A DNA stretch of 64,000 nt from Takakia lepidozioides (GCA_030704615.1 CM060733.1:73036001-73100000), one strand, 5' to 3'. Positions 14,411-28,400 are shown, counted from the first letter of the stretch. The notes: generated by a model from the sequence alone, not told the origin. Translations and numbers: made by a program.

Positions 14411-16603
14411 CTACTCTTTGCATTTCCTTATAGTATCTGCCACTTCCTTGTGCAGTTCCTTCTCATCCTTCCAAGTCTCTTCATCTTCAGGCATATCATT
14501 GCCACTTCCAGTCTCATCTTCTTCCTCTTCTACTGGAGGTATTAGTTTGGCTTTACTTCTTGTTACTATCATTGTACTTACTTCTGGTACAACACATGGC
14601 CTAACCATGTGAGCTGCCACCACTGGGCCCTCATTCACAGGAGCTCTCATCTCATTCTGGTGTCTTATCCAGAATGAACAGGCTGCCTTGCGATGTCCTG
14701 GCTGATTACAATAGTAACATAGCTCTTCACCATTGGGTCCTCGCCCTTGGTCTGGTCTTGGATTATTTCTATAATCCTGATTCCCGGGCTGGTAATTCCC
14801 CCTTGGATTACCCTGATAGTTGCCTCTGGAATTTCCTTGGTAATTCCCTCTTGAATTACCTCTCCCTTCCATGCCATTGTTATAACCACCAGACCTACCA
14901 TAGTGGTCCTGATCATTGCTTCTTCTTGGCTGGGGCTGCACCTGATGCACCCTCACTTGCCTAGGTTCTCTTGCAGCTGTCCTTCTGTTGTAGTAACAAT
15001 TCTCAGTAGAATGGTTATCCATTTACAGATAGTACAGTGTTTCTCCTTCATGTGGCATTCTGTAGTGGTATGGCCTTCATTCTGGCACTTTGCACACCAT
15101 ACACCCTTCCTCCAATGTTTGCAGCCTCTGTGGCATACTTCTTCAAGATTTCTTCCAATCTTTTCTCATAGTTATCCCTCTTCAACTTTTCCTTTCTCTT
15201 ACTCTTTCTTTTAGTTCTTGCTCTTCTTCTTCATCTGACTCATCTTCAGAGTCCTCATCTTCCTTTTTCTCTCTCCTGAGCATTCCAATTGCTCAATTCT
15301 GTTTGCAGTTTCAAATGCCTCCTCCACTGTATTATGGGGTAACATATCCACTTTCTTCTGCAACTCTGGTCTTAGTCCACTCACAAACCAAGTCTTCTGT
15401 AAACGGGTGCTGGTACTGCAGCCAGCTTTTTCATCATCAATTCCATCTTCTCCATATACTCTTCAACAGTTTCATGCTTCTTCTGCTTCAGCTGTTGTAA
15501 ACTTCCATACACTTCATCCTCAGTTTTACTTGTCCTGAACCTATTTCGAATGCTGTATTCAAGCCATTCCAGGTTAGGAAATGATTATCAGGGAATCTTG
15601 CATACCATTCACTTGCTTTCTTGATAAGTGAACAAGGAAACAGTCTCATCTTGGCATCATCGCCATTCTCATTGTTCACTATACACATGTGCTCAAATTG
15701 GCTAATGTGTACATCGGGATCCCCTTTTCTGAATATATTGGAAAGGGTGGTTTTGCCCGTGTGGTTGTAACGCCATCTGTGGCCCTACCTTCTGCCCACT
15801 GACAGGTGCTGGCACCTTGCTGGTGCTGGTCCTTCTGGACCTGTTGTTTTGTGGTGGATCTTCCACCAAGTGGTGGCCCTTGAGCACTCCCTGCTTCTGG
15901 CCCCACGATATTCACAGTATTCCCAGCTTCAGTTGCACTACTTCCCACACTCCTGTCCCCCCAGAGCCAGATCCAGGCAGCCCGCCTGATCCCCCTGAGC
16001 CGACACCTTCGTTGGCCTGTGATCCAAGTGCTCCACTTGATCCAGGTCCAACGGGTTGGGATGTCCTGGTTGTAGTCTCAACCTCAGCTGTTGGGTCTAC
16101 TTCTTCATATTCTTCCTCTTCCAATTTCTCTCTCTGTTTTCATCCTCCAAGTTCTGCCCTTGGGTTTCTTCTTCACTCATGTAACTCAACTGTAATGGTG
16201 TTGGAGAGTCTGAACTCTCCGTTGGCTCTGCCACATCCTCATCTCCTTCTTCATCTTCTGCTTCAGAAACTGGGAGTTCCTGCTTTTGGTGTTCCATGCC
16301 AACTCTTATCAAAGATTTCTGTCAAGTCTTTTATCCAAGGATGTACCTCAGATCTTTCACCTCGGATTGATCTTCTTCCTGTACCAATTCCCTTAATCTT
16401 TCTTGCAAAGAAACAGAAGGAGTGGCATCCAACTCTAGTTCTTCCGGTATAGGTGATGCACTTTTTGATCTTGATGGTGTGAGAGGTCCAGATGATTCCC
16501 CTATGTCTATTCCTCTCTCCAAAGATATGGATAATTAGCTTTCAGATAGCTTTCTCTTTTGATGAATATCTTGTCGTCGTCTAGCTTCTCTTTCATCACT
16601 CAT
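14411..16603 (-). CDS. gag: A1 gag with three CCHC zinc knuckles (frameshifted)
   Basis: KMRLFPCSL..ASEWY gag core; knuckles CAKCQNEGHTTTEC, CTIC..DNHSTENC (frameshifted) and CYYCNQPGHRKAAC. Confidence 0.85.
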
Positions 16604-16693
16604 GTCCCATGTCTTTCATTTCTTTTAATGTGGCAATAACCAAAAACTCTCTTCTGTAATATCTCTCGTATATGCCTGGATTTCTTTCAAGCT

Positions 16694-17181
16694 TCAATGC
16701 ACCTTGGCTATACTTGAAGTCTCCGTTACCATATAACCATATGGCAAACAAGTCTGAAAAGCTGTTCTTGGTGTGAGTTTGATCCACAAAATATCCTTTG
16801 GAATCCAATTCTTTACCAGTACAAGCTCTTCATGCATATGAGTATAAACATTCACCTTTCTTTCTTCCCAGCCTTCAAACTCTACTCGTTTAATGGATAG
16901 CAACGCTATCACATAAACTATGTTGGTAACCAACGTGCTCTTCCTCTACAGGCTACCTGATAAATCTTATCACTCCTTTCTCCAGACCCCATTCTGGATC
17001 AGCATCATGCACTCGTTTAAGAATATTTTCTTTACATCCGTCTGGCAATTCCAAGAACCTTTGAAAGAATTGTTTGGACAATCTTTCTTCCTTCGTTCCA
17101 CAGGGAATTTGATTCACTTCAAATTCTTTAATGGTCCAACCACCATGATCCCCCAGATGCCTGTCACATCTGGTTGTTCAT
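16694..17181 (-). CDS. A1 ORF0, ~160-aa accessory protein between PBS and gag with an F-box-like motif (frameshifted)
   Basis: Manual translation GWTIKEFEV..KQFFQRFLELPDGCKENILKRVHDADPEWGLEKGVIRFIR / VIALLSIKRV..WIPKDILW aligns with B ORF0 at 60201-60630. Confidence 0.65.
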
Positions 17182-17190
17182 GTCCCAGGT

Positions 17191-17207
17191 CCCCAGTATG
17201 GTCGCCA
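17191..17207 (-). promoter_or_regulatory. PBS, tRNA-Arg-like (TGGCGACCATACTGGGG)
   Basis: 2 nt after the LTR CA. Resembles the complement of plant tRNA-Arg 3' ends (...GTCGCCA). Confidence 0.75.
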
Positions 17208-17209
17208 AA

Positions 17210-18445
17210 TGTCGCGGGCTTTTACTCACCCATCCTTCGCTATCCGAGGCGGAAACTCCAAGATAGAAGAGTTGGAAATCTCTAAGTACTCAGCCCGCGC
17301 AGAACAATCAGTCATGACCTACAGCTAGTGTATCATGGGGGTGTTTCCTAGGTTTACTCACCCATCCTTCGCTATCCGAGGCGGAAACCCAGATAGAAGA
17401 GTTGGAAATCTCTAAGACTCAGCGCGCAGAACAATCATCATTGACCTACAGCTAAGTGTATCATGGGGGTGTTTCCTATTTGTTCTTTTCGCATTCATCT
17501 AGCTACCTTACCATTGATAATAATATCAGTTTGCTTATCAATTTATCGGTTTCCTTAACTCCTCCATTCAATCCACAGCTTCACTCAGATCTCTCTACAC
17601 AGTGTGATTGTATCGTATAAGTATCAGATTATGATTTATCAGGTATCAGGCCGAAGCCATTATGTCTCTAATCTGCCTCTACAATATCACTCTAGCTTTG
17701 CATATGAAAAGCATCTACTAATCCCTTTTTCCTTCATCGTGCTCTCCGATCTCCGCTCCGTCTGTCTCCGAAGTCCTCCCGAATAATGATCCCCTTCATA
17801 TCCCCGTTCTTCCCTTTATCCTCCTATCCGCGGTTCTAACCGTTTCCCTCTCTAACCGTCGTATGTGAACTAACATGTTCCCTTCACTGGTGTTGTTCCC
17901 CACAGTCGTTCCCTGTCCTACTCTTCGTTCCCTATTATCGTGACAGCTGTGTCAAGCGGTGACTGGCTGTGTTTGCGTGGTCGGGCTGTGACTGGCTGTG
18001 TGGCTGTGCCGGGCTGTGACTGGCTGTGTGGGCTGTGTCTGCTGTGTGTGACGACTGTGACGGCTGTGTGGAGGTGTGGGCTGTGACGACTGTGAGGCTG
18101 TGTGGGCTGTGTGTGGCTTGTGACGACTGTGACGGGCTGTGTGTTGGCTGTGTGGGCTGTTTGGTGTGTGACGGCTGTGTCGGCTGCTGTGTGACGGCTG
18201 TGTGTTGTGGTTGTTGTGTGTGGACGACTGTGAGGGCTGTGTTGGCTGTGTGGGTTGTGACGACTGTGACGGGCTGTGTTGGCTGTGTGGCTGTGACTGC
18301 TGTGTCGGCTGTGTGGGCTATGTAACCCCCCTCTACAGTGCGCTGCTGTCACCCCTAAGGTTCCTGTTTGTCTCAGTCTGTGCAAAAATTAAGGGTACCC
18401 TACAGATCCCGTATAAGTGTCTAAGTCCCCTACAGTCCTCTAACA
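17210..18445 (-). repeat. LTR shared by A1 (as 5' LTR) and A2 (as 3' LTR), with a ~130-bp duplication at 17220-17478
   Basis: PBS on one side and PPT (~18449-18460) on the other. Confidence 0.85.
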
Positions 18446-21400
18446 TTACCCCTTCCCCTCAAAAAGCCGTGTCCTCACGGTTTACTGTTTCGAGTAGCAA
18501 CCCTTGTGAGTGAGCACCTTGTTGACGTTGAGAGTTTCGTGGTGGGCTGTGTGTACGAGCCGAGGTCTGTCTCTGGTTGATGGAGATGGTTGATCACTAC
18601 CTGGATAAGTGAGGCCTTCTGGAGGCTGATATCGAGGTAATCTTTCCGGCATAGGAGATCCCCTTGTTTCTTCTCTTCCATCTGAATTGCATATAGTCTT
18701 CTCCCATGTCAAAAGAATTTTGTGAAGAAACAGTTGTATCAGAATCCTCATCGCCTCTCAGGTGTTTTAATTTTCGAACTTTTTGTGGAATCATCTGGGG
18801 CATACAATGCTGTCCTACCATGTCTGGGAAGTTTGCATTTTACACTGGTGTAACCGTTGAACAGCAAAATTGGTGTAGACACTGAGCTCCTTGTCTGTCC
18901 AGATGAGTGGGGTACCAATTACTGTGCAGCGTGCAAGTATTTCCATGCGATATGTCCCTTATAGAAAATGTCATCAAGTCCGAATTTCTGTGTTGACAAA
19001 TTGTTGCAGGCTGCTTGAAACCATGAACGAATTTGAGAATCCTTTTGTATCATAACTTTTGGGTCATATAGGTACATATGAGGTGGCACCGAAGGTAATA
19101 CCCAATGATCTCCACTGGAGTAACTTTGAAAGCGTGCTTGCATCTTTTGTTGCTCAATGTGGTAACGTATCAGAAAACAAGCAGCGTAGTATAGCCCGCA
19201 CCCATGACAATACTTGCTATCTCTTGGTCTTGGTATAAATGAGTCCATGTACAACCTGAAAGCAACCAATTCCCTCAACATTGGTACCTGCTCGTGCCAG
19301 TATTGTGCAAAGTGATGATCTTCAATATGTCGATTGTTTGGAAGAACTTTAGTCCTGGTTGCCACTGGCAGCCAAATACGCATGATTTGGTAGTAATGTG
19401 CGAATGACTGCGGAGGACTAAATTCTTTCCAAGCCAAATCCAACATGATGGGAATTTGGTTGAAGGGCATAATCATAGCCCTACTGTACTCCCTGGCAGC
19501 TGGAGTTTTAGGTGGGTTAAAAGCTGCATTGCCCCATACCTCCGGCTGTGGTGGCTGTGGTGTGGTTGTAGTAACCACAGGTTCAGCTACTGGTACACTG
19601 ACCTGTTGTGGTGGTGGTGGTACTGGTTCCTGTACCATTGGCATCTCCTGCACCTCCTGTGAAGACTGAAAAGCCAGAGTTCTGGCTTGCAAATAAGAAG
19701 CCATTAGCTGTTCCTGAGGGATATAGACTCTTTGGTCGATGTTTGAAGTGAGGTCTTCCACTTGAGTCTGGAGTCCGTCTACATCCTCTTGTAACTCTGC
19801 TATCCTACTATAGACATTGTCTATAGTAGTTGTGGCAATGTTCTGCACCTGCAGTCTGAGCTCATTCATCTCGCTTTGGGTGAGCTTCCGTGGGCTTTGC
19901 CCTCTACTGGCCTTGTGCTAACCAGACCTGCATAAGGCTGTTATCCACCAAGCTGCTTGTGGTTCCCCTGAGAGTTTGCTCCTCTCTTAGCTTATACAAT
20001 TCCAACTGCTGTTGTAAAGCCTTCATGCGCTTCGCCTGTGGCTCAACCAATTGCGCATAGGCAGCAAGTAGATTATTGGCTTCTTTCGAAGCCTTGTTAC
20101 TGACCGCGATTTCATTTCTATTGGCCACGATGGTTTGTTGCAACTCCACGATGTATTTCTCTTCTCAGCTTCCATCTGCCTGTATTGCTTGAAAGTATCT
20201 TCATTGCGACAGATTGTATTCTTCATATCGACAATGAGCTTCATGTGCTCCACATTCTCTTCTTCTGCCTTCGTACATTTTTCCGCTTGACTGTTTATTT
20301 CTTTTGTTGATTGGTCAAGCATAGTTGTAAATGTAGCGCATTGTATCGCCATCCTGTTATGCACTGTCTGCAACTCCGTATGTAGTGCATTCAGTTCTTG
20401 CAACTTGCTTTCATGCTGCACCTGCATTTGGTATAGCTGTTGCTTATGTGCTTCGTGCAACTGGTCTTGCGCAAGGCCTGCCTCAATCAATTGTTGCTTG
20501 GCCAATTGCAAAGCCATTTCTGTATTGGCCAAGTCCTGCTTCATCTTGAGAGTGACCTCTTCATCGACCTTGTTTGAACACTCAGTGGCAAGTCGAGCCT
20601 CAAACTCCTTCCTGAGTTCTTTCTTTCAAGGCTGTCAATTGGGTAATGGAACATGGGTTTTGACATAAGTCCCCAACAAATTAAGTGTCCTGCCTATGGA
20701 ACTCATCAGCATTGCCTGTTGAGGGTCATCATGGTGAGGTTGCTGCTGTTCCTCCGATCTTCAACAGTATGATGTCTCACTAACCATTCAGACCATTGTC
20801 CCACCGGATTTTCTTCCTGAACTACTTCATTTATGACCGGTGCTACAGTGTCATGGCCTTCCGCTGTGGTACCTCCGACACAGGTGTGTGCATTATATGT
20901 ACCTCAGGATTTTCTTGGGCAACTGTTGCACCTCTGGGATTTCTGTCTCTTGACCAGACCAGAATATTCATAGAGAAGGTCCCCTTTCTCTATTTCTGCC
21001 ACTATCTGTTCTGTAGTTGGAATATCTATCCCTTCACTTTCCAAATCTATTATTTCGGGTTGAGCTGCATGGATAACTTGTGACCTTGTGACAAGTCGTT
21101 CAAGTGGCTGTGTTGGTTGTGATGCAGAAGTAACTTCTTCCTCCCTCTCTGAAGGTCCTGCTTCCAGTAATAACATTCTTTGTGCTGCTGTGCCCCTTCC
21201 TGGTCATGAGCTTGGGAAACATTATCATGCGGAATCCGTGAAGCCAGTGGATCCGCCACTACAGTCTTTCCCCTTCTCTGCCTCTTAGTCTCGGGTTGTG
21301 CTGCTAGTCCACCCACTGTGTGAAGAGCCTTGCTCTTCCATTGCAGTGTTTCTGGCTCAAACACTCCATTTCCTTCCTTTCTTGTGCATTAAGTATGCCA

Positions 21401-24400
21401 GAACTAAGGATTATTTGAGCAATGATTGGGCCAGACACTATGATAGGAGATTTTGCGGTAGTACCTTGTAATCTTTTCATCTCCTCTACCAGTGCGTTGT
21501 ACATTATGTCCGCCCATGGTACCTCTTGTCCCTTCAAGCCTTTGAGGATTTCCTCTGTGAAGGATCTGCTCAAATATTGTTGGTTCTGTTTCAGGGCAAT
21601 CAGAACGTTCAATACTTGGCCTATGTCTTTTAACCCTGGGTACACAGCTTTGGTACAAGCATAACCCTGAGTTTTAAAGAAACTCCCTTCTTGGAATAAA
21701 TCCCCTATTTGCAGTCTTTCTCTGTGTTCCTCCACATACACATGACCTTCTGGCAATCGAAACAATTGCTGGAGGTATAGGGGAGTAATCATTAATTCAA
21801 CTCCCTTCACCGTTGTTGTTCCTGTCTTTGGCTCAAAGTTCTGCAAAAATTGTAACATGTACTGTCTATGGTGTAGTGTCCAATCCATGCTTTGCAATCC
21901 TTCCAATCTCAGCTCCTTCAGTATCTTTATCGCCTGTGGGGTAGCCATCGTTTGTTTTCTGCAGAATTGTGGTGCTCTTCACCCTGATTTCCTCCATTCC
22001 TCTCACTCTCTTCATCTTAGACTCACAGAACTGCTTTGGTGCTGTAACACTGCAGGAATGCCTGTAGTGCACAAAGCAGAAACGTATGGTTGCCGCAGAA
22101 AGCTATGGGTAATCTCTTGTAAGCCTGCGGGGCTTGCAAGCATTGTTCAAGAGAAAAGCTCTGCTCTTTCGTTTCGTGTCTCTGCCATTGCGTAAGTAAT
22201 ATTGCGAGCGTATAGTCTGTTAGTTCCTCCATAGTTTCCAAGTTATAGCATTTATGGCCTGTCCTGTCGAGACGCCCGTTACTCAGAACGACGCCGCCTC
22301 TTGCGCTTAATTTCCCTCCATTTTCTTGATCATTTCTCTGGTTTTCTATTGGCTGTATCCGCTGTGACTGGATTTTAACTTTTATCTTCTTTAGTGGACT
22401 TTCCCTGTTGGATAGTCCACTAGGATCACACATGCGACATGAATTCAGTTTTTCTGTACTTGCCGTTCGTTCTGTTTCCCTTTTTCCGTATCATTAATGG
22501 GCCCGCCTTTCATCCCTTTGACGGCCGTTCTTGTCCTCTTTCTTTTTGACACCTGTCCTTGCACTTCATTCTCTGCTGTGTGTCGCACCCTGACCTCCAC
22601 GTGTCTATTTTTAAATTAATTTCCGTTTCTTCTTCCTCAGCCATTTTCCTGAAGTTTTATGTTCCACTTGTCACTGATTCTAGGATCGTGTAACTTTAGT
22701 AGGCTGTGTTGAGCTGTGACAGGATGTGGTGTGTGTAATACTGTGTTACGCTTGGTGATTTCTTGTGTATTTGTGTATGATAGCTGTGTTGCCATGTGGT
22801 AAGCTGTGATAGGCTGTGACACGCTGCGGTAGGTTGTGTTGTGATAGGATGTGTGCACGTCGTGACGGGCTGTGATAGGCTGTGTACGCCGTGATGGGCT
22901 GTGATAGGCTGTGTCACGCCGTGATGGGCTGTGTGTGATAGGCTGTATGACGCCGTGATGGGCTGTGATAGGCGTTGTGTTGCGCCTTGCTGGGCTGTGA
23001 TAGGCTGTGGTCACGCCGTGTTGGGCTGTGATAGGCTGTGTCATGCCGTGATGGGCTTGTGATTGTGGTTGTGATAGGCGTATTGCGCCTTGTTGGGCTG
23101 TGAGAGGCCTGTGTCACGCCGTGTTGGGCTTGTGATAGGCTGTGTCACGCCGTGATGGGCTGTGATAGGCTGTATCACGCCGTGATGGCTGTGATAGGCT
23201 GTGTCACGTTTGTTTTGCCCACCCCGGTCATATATTACGGGCCTAGCGACAAGTGTTCCATACTCTGTTCGTAACACTGGTGCAGCCCGTGACTGCTCTT
23301 TGCGTCAACATGCAAATCATGCTGCAGGGGTTTGTCATGGATACCACTGTACCCCTTCAACTTATTTGCATTGACTCTCCCAGCATTTCTTTGTTAATGG
23401 TTTGTCACATGGCTGTGTTGTTATCATACATCTTTTGGATGACATAAGGTCCTTTCCATGGTGATTTAAGCTTAGAAGCTTGAATCTTTCCTTTCTTCTG
23501 CAACCATAGAACCAAATCCCCCGTCTTAAAAGTCTTTAATTTTGCCTTCATCAAACTGTTCCTTTCGCTTCATCTGAATTCTGGTCATATTATCGCTGCA
23601 TCAGCACGTACTTCTCCACATGGTATAATTCATGTTTCCTGACCTTGATGGAGTCTTGCAATTCCATTCTTTTCCCCACTCGTTCTCATGGTAGGTAACA
23701 GGAATTCCACTGGAAGTAGGCTTCCATACCATAAACTAATGGGAATGGTGGTATACTTTGTGGTGACTTTATACGAAGTCCGTATGACCATAAAGCTTGT
23801 CCAAGCTTTGTATCCCAGCGTTTCTGTTTGCATTGACTATCTTAGCCACAAGATAGTACATAGTATTGTGTTGGTAGCCTCTGCCTGCCATTACCCTGTG
23901 GGTAATATGTTGTACTCTTTCTATGCACAATCATAAACTCTTTAGTCAATAACTCAATGGTTCATTCATGAAGTGACTTCCTTGATCACTGATAAATTCT
24001 AAGGGACATCCAAATCGTGTAAGTGATGTTCTCGTACAGGAACCTTGCTGTGGATGGCTGTGTGTTGTCCCTCAAAGCTTTAGCTTCCACCCACTTTGTA
24101 GTATAATCAGTGGCTTGTAATATGTACCTGTTTTGTGTATTCTTGGATGGTGGATTAATTGGTCCAACAAAGTCTAGTCCCCATTTCTGAAAAGGGTTCC
24201 GTAGGCATTGTAGGATGCAAGGCCATTCTTCCAGATCTCTGCAAAGGTCCTAGCCTCTGACATTCATCCACTTCTGACAATACTCATGTACATCTTTGAA
24301 CAAAGTAGGCCACCAGTATCCTGCGAGTAAGTATCTTTCTACGGGTAGTCTCTTCTCCAAAATGACCCTCCAGCCACTCCTTTATGAACTTCCTCCAGAG

Positions 24401-24997
24401 ACTTTATTTACTTCATGGTGGTAAAAGCAGGTTTTAGTACTAAGTCAGGTCCTAACTTATAACATTCTGCTTCCTACCATAGTATAAGGTAAAGCTTGAT
24501 AGCAATTCTCTTCCTCTGCTCCTTACACAAACTAGGTGGGCACTGACCATGAATACGGTAGTATCTGATTGGCCAAGCCAATCTAACCATTCATCTGCAT
24601 TTCCTTGCACCTCCATTCAAATAAACTCGAATCAGGTAACTGATCGTCCACTTTGTGGCGCCTCTCCTGTTGTTAGCGTGACAAATGATCTGCCAAAGAT
24701 GCAACGGCCAGGCTTGTAAATAACCTCGAAATCAAAACTCATGCAAGATATTAACACCTCGCTATCATTCAACTTATAAAAGGTTTGTTTCACCAGATAT
24801 ATCAGAGCCTGGTGATCCACATAAAACATAAAATTTCTTCCCAATAGGTAATGCTGAATTTCTTCACTGCATGATCATTGCCAATGCTTCTCTTTCCGTT
24901 TTTGCTATCGTTCTCTCAGCATGTTCATCAACCGGCTAGATAGTACAAAGGTGAATCTATATTCCTGTTTGTGTAAATTCTGGGCAAACACGCTACC
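18446..24997 (-). mobile_element. Family A copy A2: ORF3 (~18482-22015), array (~22700-23210), integrase and RNase H, running into the gap
   Basis: Near-identical to A1 5906-12280, with indel density rising toward the gap. Confidence 0.88.
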
Positions 24998-25497
24998 NNN
25001 NNNNNNNNNNNNNNNNNNNNNNNNNNNNNNNNNNNNNNNNNNNNNNNNNNNNNNNNNNNNNNNNNNNNNNNNNNNNNNNNNNNNNNNNNNNNNNNNNNNN
25101 NNNNNNNNNNNNNNNNNNNNNNNNNNNNNNNNNNNNNNNNNNNNNNNNNNNNNNNNNNNNNNNNNNNNNNNNNNNNNNNNNNNNNNNNNNNNNNNNNNNN
25201 NNNNNNNNNNNNNNNNNNNNNNNNNNNNNNNNNNNNNNNNNNNNNNNNNNNNNNNNNNNNNNNNNNNNNNNNNNNNNNNNNNNNNNNNNNNNNNNNNNNN
25301 NNNNNNNNNNNNNNNNNNNNNNNNNNNNNNNNNNNNNNNNNNNNNNNNNNNNNNNNNNNNNNNNNNNNNNNNNNNNNNNNNNNNNNNNNNNNNNNNNNNN
25401 NNNNNNNNNNNNNNNNNNNNNNNNNNNNNNNNNNNNNNNNNNNNNNNNNNNNNNNNNNNNNNNNNNNNNNNNNNNNNNNNNNNNNNNNNNNNNNNNN
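24998..25497. other. Assembly gap (500 N)
   Basis: Run of N. Confidence 1.
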
Positions 25498-28400
25498 TAA
25501 TGGGATGCACGAGATAACAAATTATCACAAAGAAATCTAGTAGATTACCTGCGAACAAGAAGACCTCGAGGGGATCAGAGAGTATGACTGGAAGGAGGAC
25601 TGGATGAGGAGCAGAAGCTACCCTATTTGCTGCACACCCAGAATGGGAGCAGGTTGCAGAGATGCGGCTGGAAAGCCTAAGTTGTTTGAGAGGTATCTGC
25701 TGTGGTGTAGTGACAGCAACACCAATTGAAAAGGAAACCAACTGTTACCCAACCACATTTCTATGAAGAAAAGGAGGGAGAGATAGAAATCCTAGAAGAA
25801 CCAGCCACTGTGAGTTAAAGGATGAAGTGGTGACTGGTTGGACAATCACAGCTGATGAGCAGGTGAGAGAAGTAAATGTGGGAAACTCAGGAGGAACCGA
25901 GAATGGTGGTGAAAGTAGGAGTGATTTGGAGCCAGAGTTTTCGAAGAAGCTAAAAGCTTGTTCATCAAATACAGAGATGTATTTGCTTGGAGCTATGAGG
26001 ATCTAAAAGGGATACCACCTGAAGTCTGTCAGCCTTAAAATTGAACTGGAACCAGGGTCAGTACCAATCAAGCAGGCGAGGTATAGAATGAATCCCAAAC
26101 GCACAGAAGGTTGGAGAAGAGAAGAGATAAAGAAGTTGGCTGAGGTAAGTTTATATACCCAATAGAGTATACAACTTGGTTGTCACCATTGTTATAGTTC
26201 CCAAGAAGAATGGCAAACTAAGAGTATGTGTGAACTATAAGAAGCTGAATGCTTGTACGAAGAAGAAAGATCCTTTCCCTTTTTTCAACATGCACAGAAG
26301 CAGTATTAGACACTGTGGCAGGCCATGAGATGTACTCATTCATGGATGGCTTCAGTGGTTATAATCAAGTGCAAGTGGCAGAAGAAGACCAAGGGAAAAA
26401 GCTTTCATCACAGACTGGGGGGCTTATGCATACAAAGTCATGCCTTTGGCTTTGTAATGCACCAGCGACCTTTCAGAGAGTGATAAGTGAATCTTTTCAA
26501 GAGTATCTGGATGATTTCATGCAGGTGTTTTGGATGATTTCAGTGTGGACAAGCTCTAAGAATGAGCACTTGCATAAATTGGAGTTATGCCTGGCCAGAT
26601 GCAGGATGAGAGGTCTGGGCTTGAACCCAGGAAAGTGTACTTTCTGTGTGAACTCAGGGGTGCTTCTGGGACACATTGTGTGTAAGAAGGGACTCCTTGT
26701 GGATCCCAGGAAGACAGAGTCCATTAAAGTCTCTCCACCACCAGTGAATGTTAAGAGTTTAAGGAGATTCCTTGGGCAAACCAGTTATTACAGAAGATTT
26801 GTCAAAAGGTATGCACAAATAGCAGCACATTGAGCAAGCTTCTGAGAAAGATGCAGTGTTTGCATGGATAGCTGAATGTCAACAGGCGTTTGAGGAACTT
26901 ACACTGTCAGTAACAACTACACCTGTGCTGATTAACCCTCACTGGCAGTTATTTCATGGTTCACTGCGATGCATCAGGAGAAGCGTGGGAGCAGTGTTAG
27001 CCCAGAATGTTACAGGGAATATAGATTCACCTGTGTACTATGCTAGCCGGTTGATGAACAGTGCGTGAGAGGAACTATAGCACAACGGAAAGAGAAGCAT
27101 TGGCAATGATCTATGCAGTGAAGAAATTCAGGCATTACCTATTGGGAAGAAAGTTATGTTTATGTGGATCACCAGGCTCTGATATATCTGGTGAACAAAA
27201 CCTTTGATAAGTGGAAGGATAGCGAGGTGGTTAATAATCTTGCATGAGTTTGAGTTTGAGGTTATTTACAAGCCTGGCCGTTTGCATCTTGTGGCAGATC
27301 ATTTGTCACGACTAACAACAGGAGAGGCCGCCACAGGCGTGGACGATCAGTTACCTGATGCGAGTTTATTTGTAATGGAGGTGCAAGGAAGTGCAGATGA
27401 ATGGTTAGATTGGCAGTGGCCAATCAGATACTACCTTGTTCATGGTCAGTGCCCACCTAGTTATGGTAAGGAGCAGAGGAAGAGAATTGCTATCAGAGCT
27501 TTACCTTATACTATGGTAGGAAGCAGAATGTATAAGTTAGGACCTGACGGAGTACTAAAACGATGCTTGTACCACCATGAAGTAAATAAAGTCTTGGAGG
27601 AAGTCATAAAGGAGTGGCTGGAGGTCATTTTGGAGAAGAGACTACCAGTAGAAAGATACTACTCGCAGGATACTGGTGGCCTACTTTGTTCAAAGATGTA
27701 CATGAGTATTGTCAAAAATGTGATGAATGTCAGAGGCTAGGACCTTTGCAGAGATCGGAAGAATGGCCTTGCATCCTACAATGCCTACGGAACCATTTCA
27801 GAAATGGGGACTAGACTTTGTTGGACCAATTAATCCACCATCCAAGAATACACAAAACAGGTACATAATTACAGCCACTGATTATACTACAAAGTGGGTG
27901 GAAGCTAAAGCTTTGAGGGACAACACAGCCAAGTCCACAGCAAGGTTCCTGTACGAGAACATACTTACACGATTTGGATGTCCCTTAGAATTTATCAGTG
28001 ATCAAGGAAGTCACTTCATGAATGAGACCATTGAGTTATTGACTAAAGAGTTTATGATTGTGCATAGAAAGAGTACAACATATTACCCACAGGGGAATGG
28101 ACAGGCAGAAGAGGCTACCAACAAAATACTATGTACTATCTTGGCTAAGATAGTCAATGCAAACAGAACGGATTGGGATACAAAGCTGCTGACAGCTTTA
28201 TGGTCATACAGGACTTCGTATAAAGTCACCACAAAGTATACACCATTCCAATTAGTTTATGGTATGGAAGCCTTACTTCCAGTGGAATTCCTGTTACCTA
28301 CCATGAGAACGGAGTGGGGAAAAGAATGGAATTGCAAGACTCCATCAAGGTCAGGAAACATGAATTATACCATGTGGAAGAAGTACGTGCTGATGCAGCG

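Larger units (their letters stand above)
4837..18445 (-). mobile_element. Family A copy A1, near full-length (~13.6 kb) non-chromovirus Ty3/gypsy element
   Basis: TG..CA LTRs at 4837-5905 and 17210-18445, PBS, ORF0, gag, pol, ORF3, PPT. Inserted into B1 ORF3. Confidence 0.93.

Noticed and set aside
16596-16808. ORF MDSKGYFVDQ as the ORF0 C-terminus
   Set aside because: The overlapping WIPKDILW frame is the one conserved in family B
17918-18513. Cys-, His- or Thr-rich ORFs in A LTRs (also 5450-5845, 33566-33996) and antisense to the spacer array (28620-29207)
   Set aside because: Translations of low-complexity arrays; frames differ between copies
24905-25741. ORFs containing X runs
   Set aside because: Artifacts of the N gap
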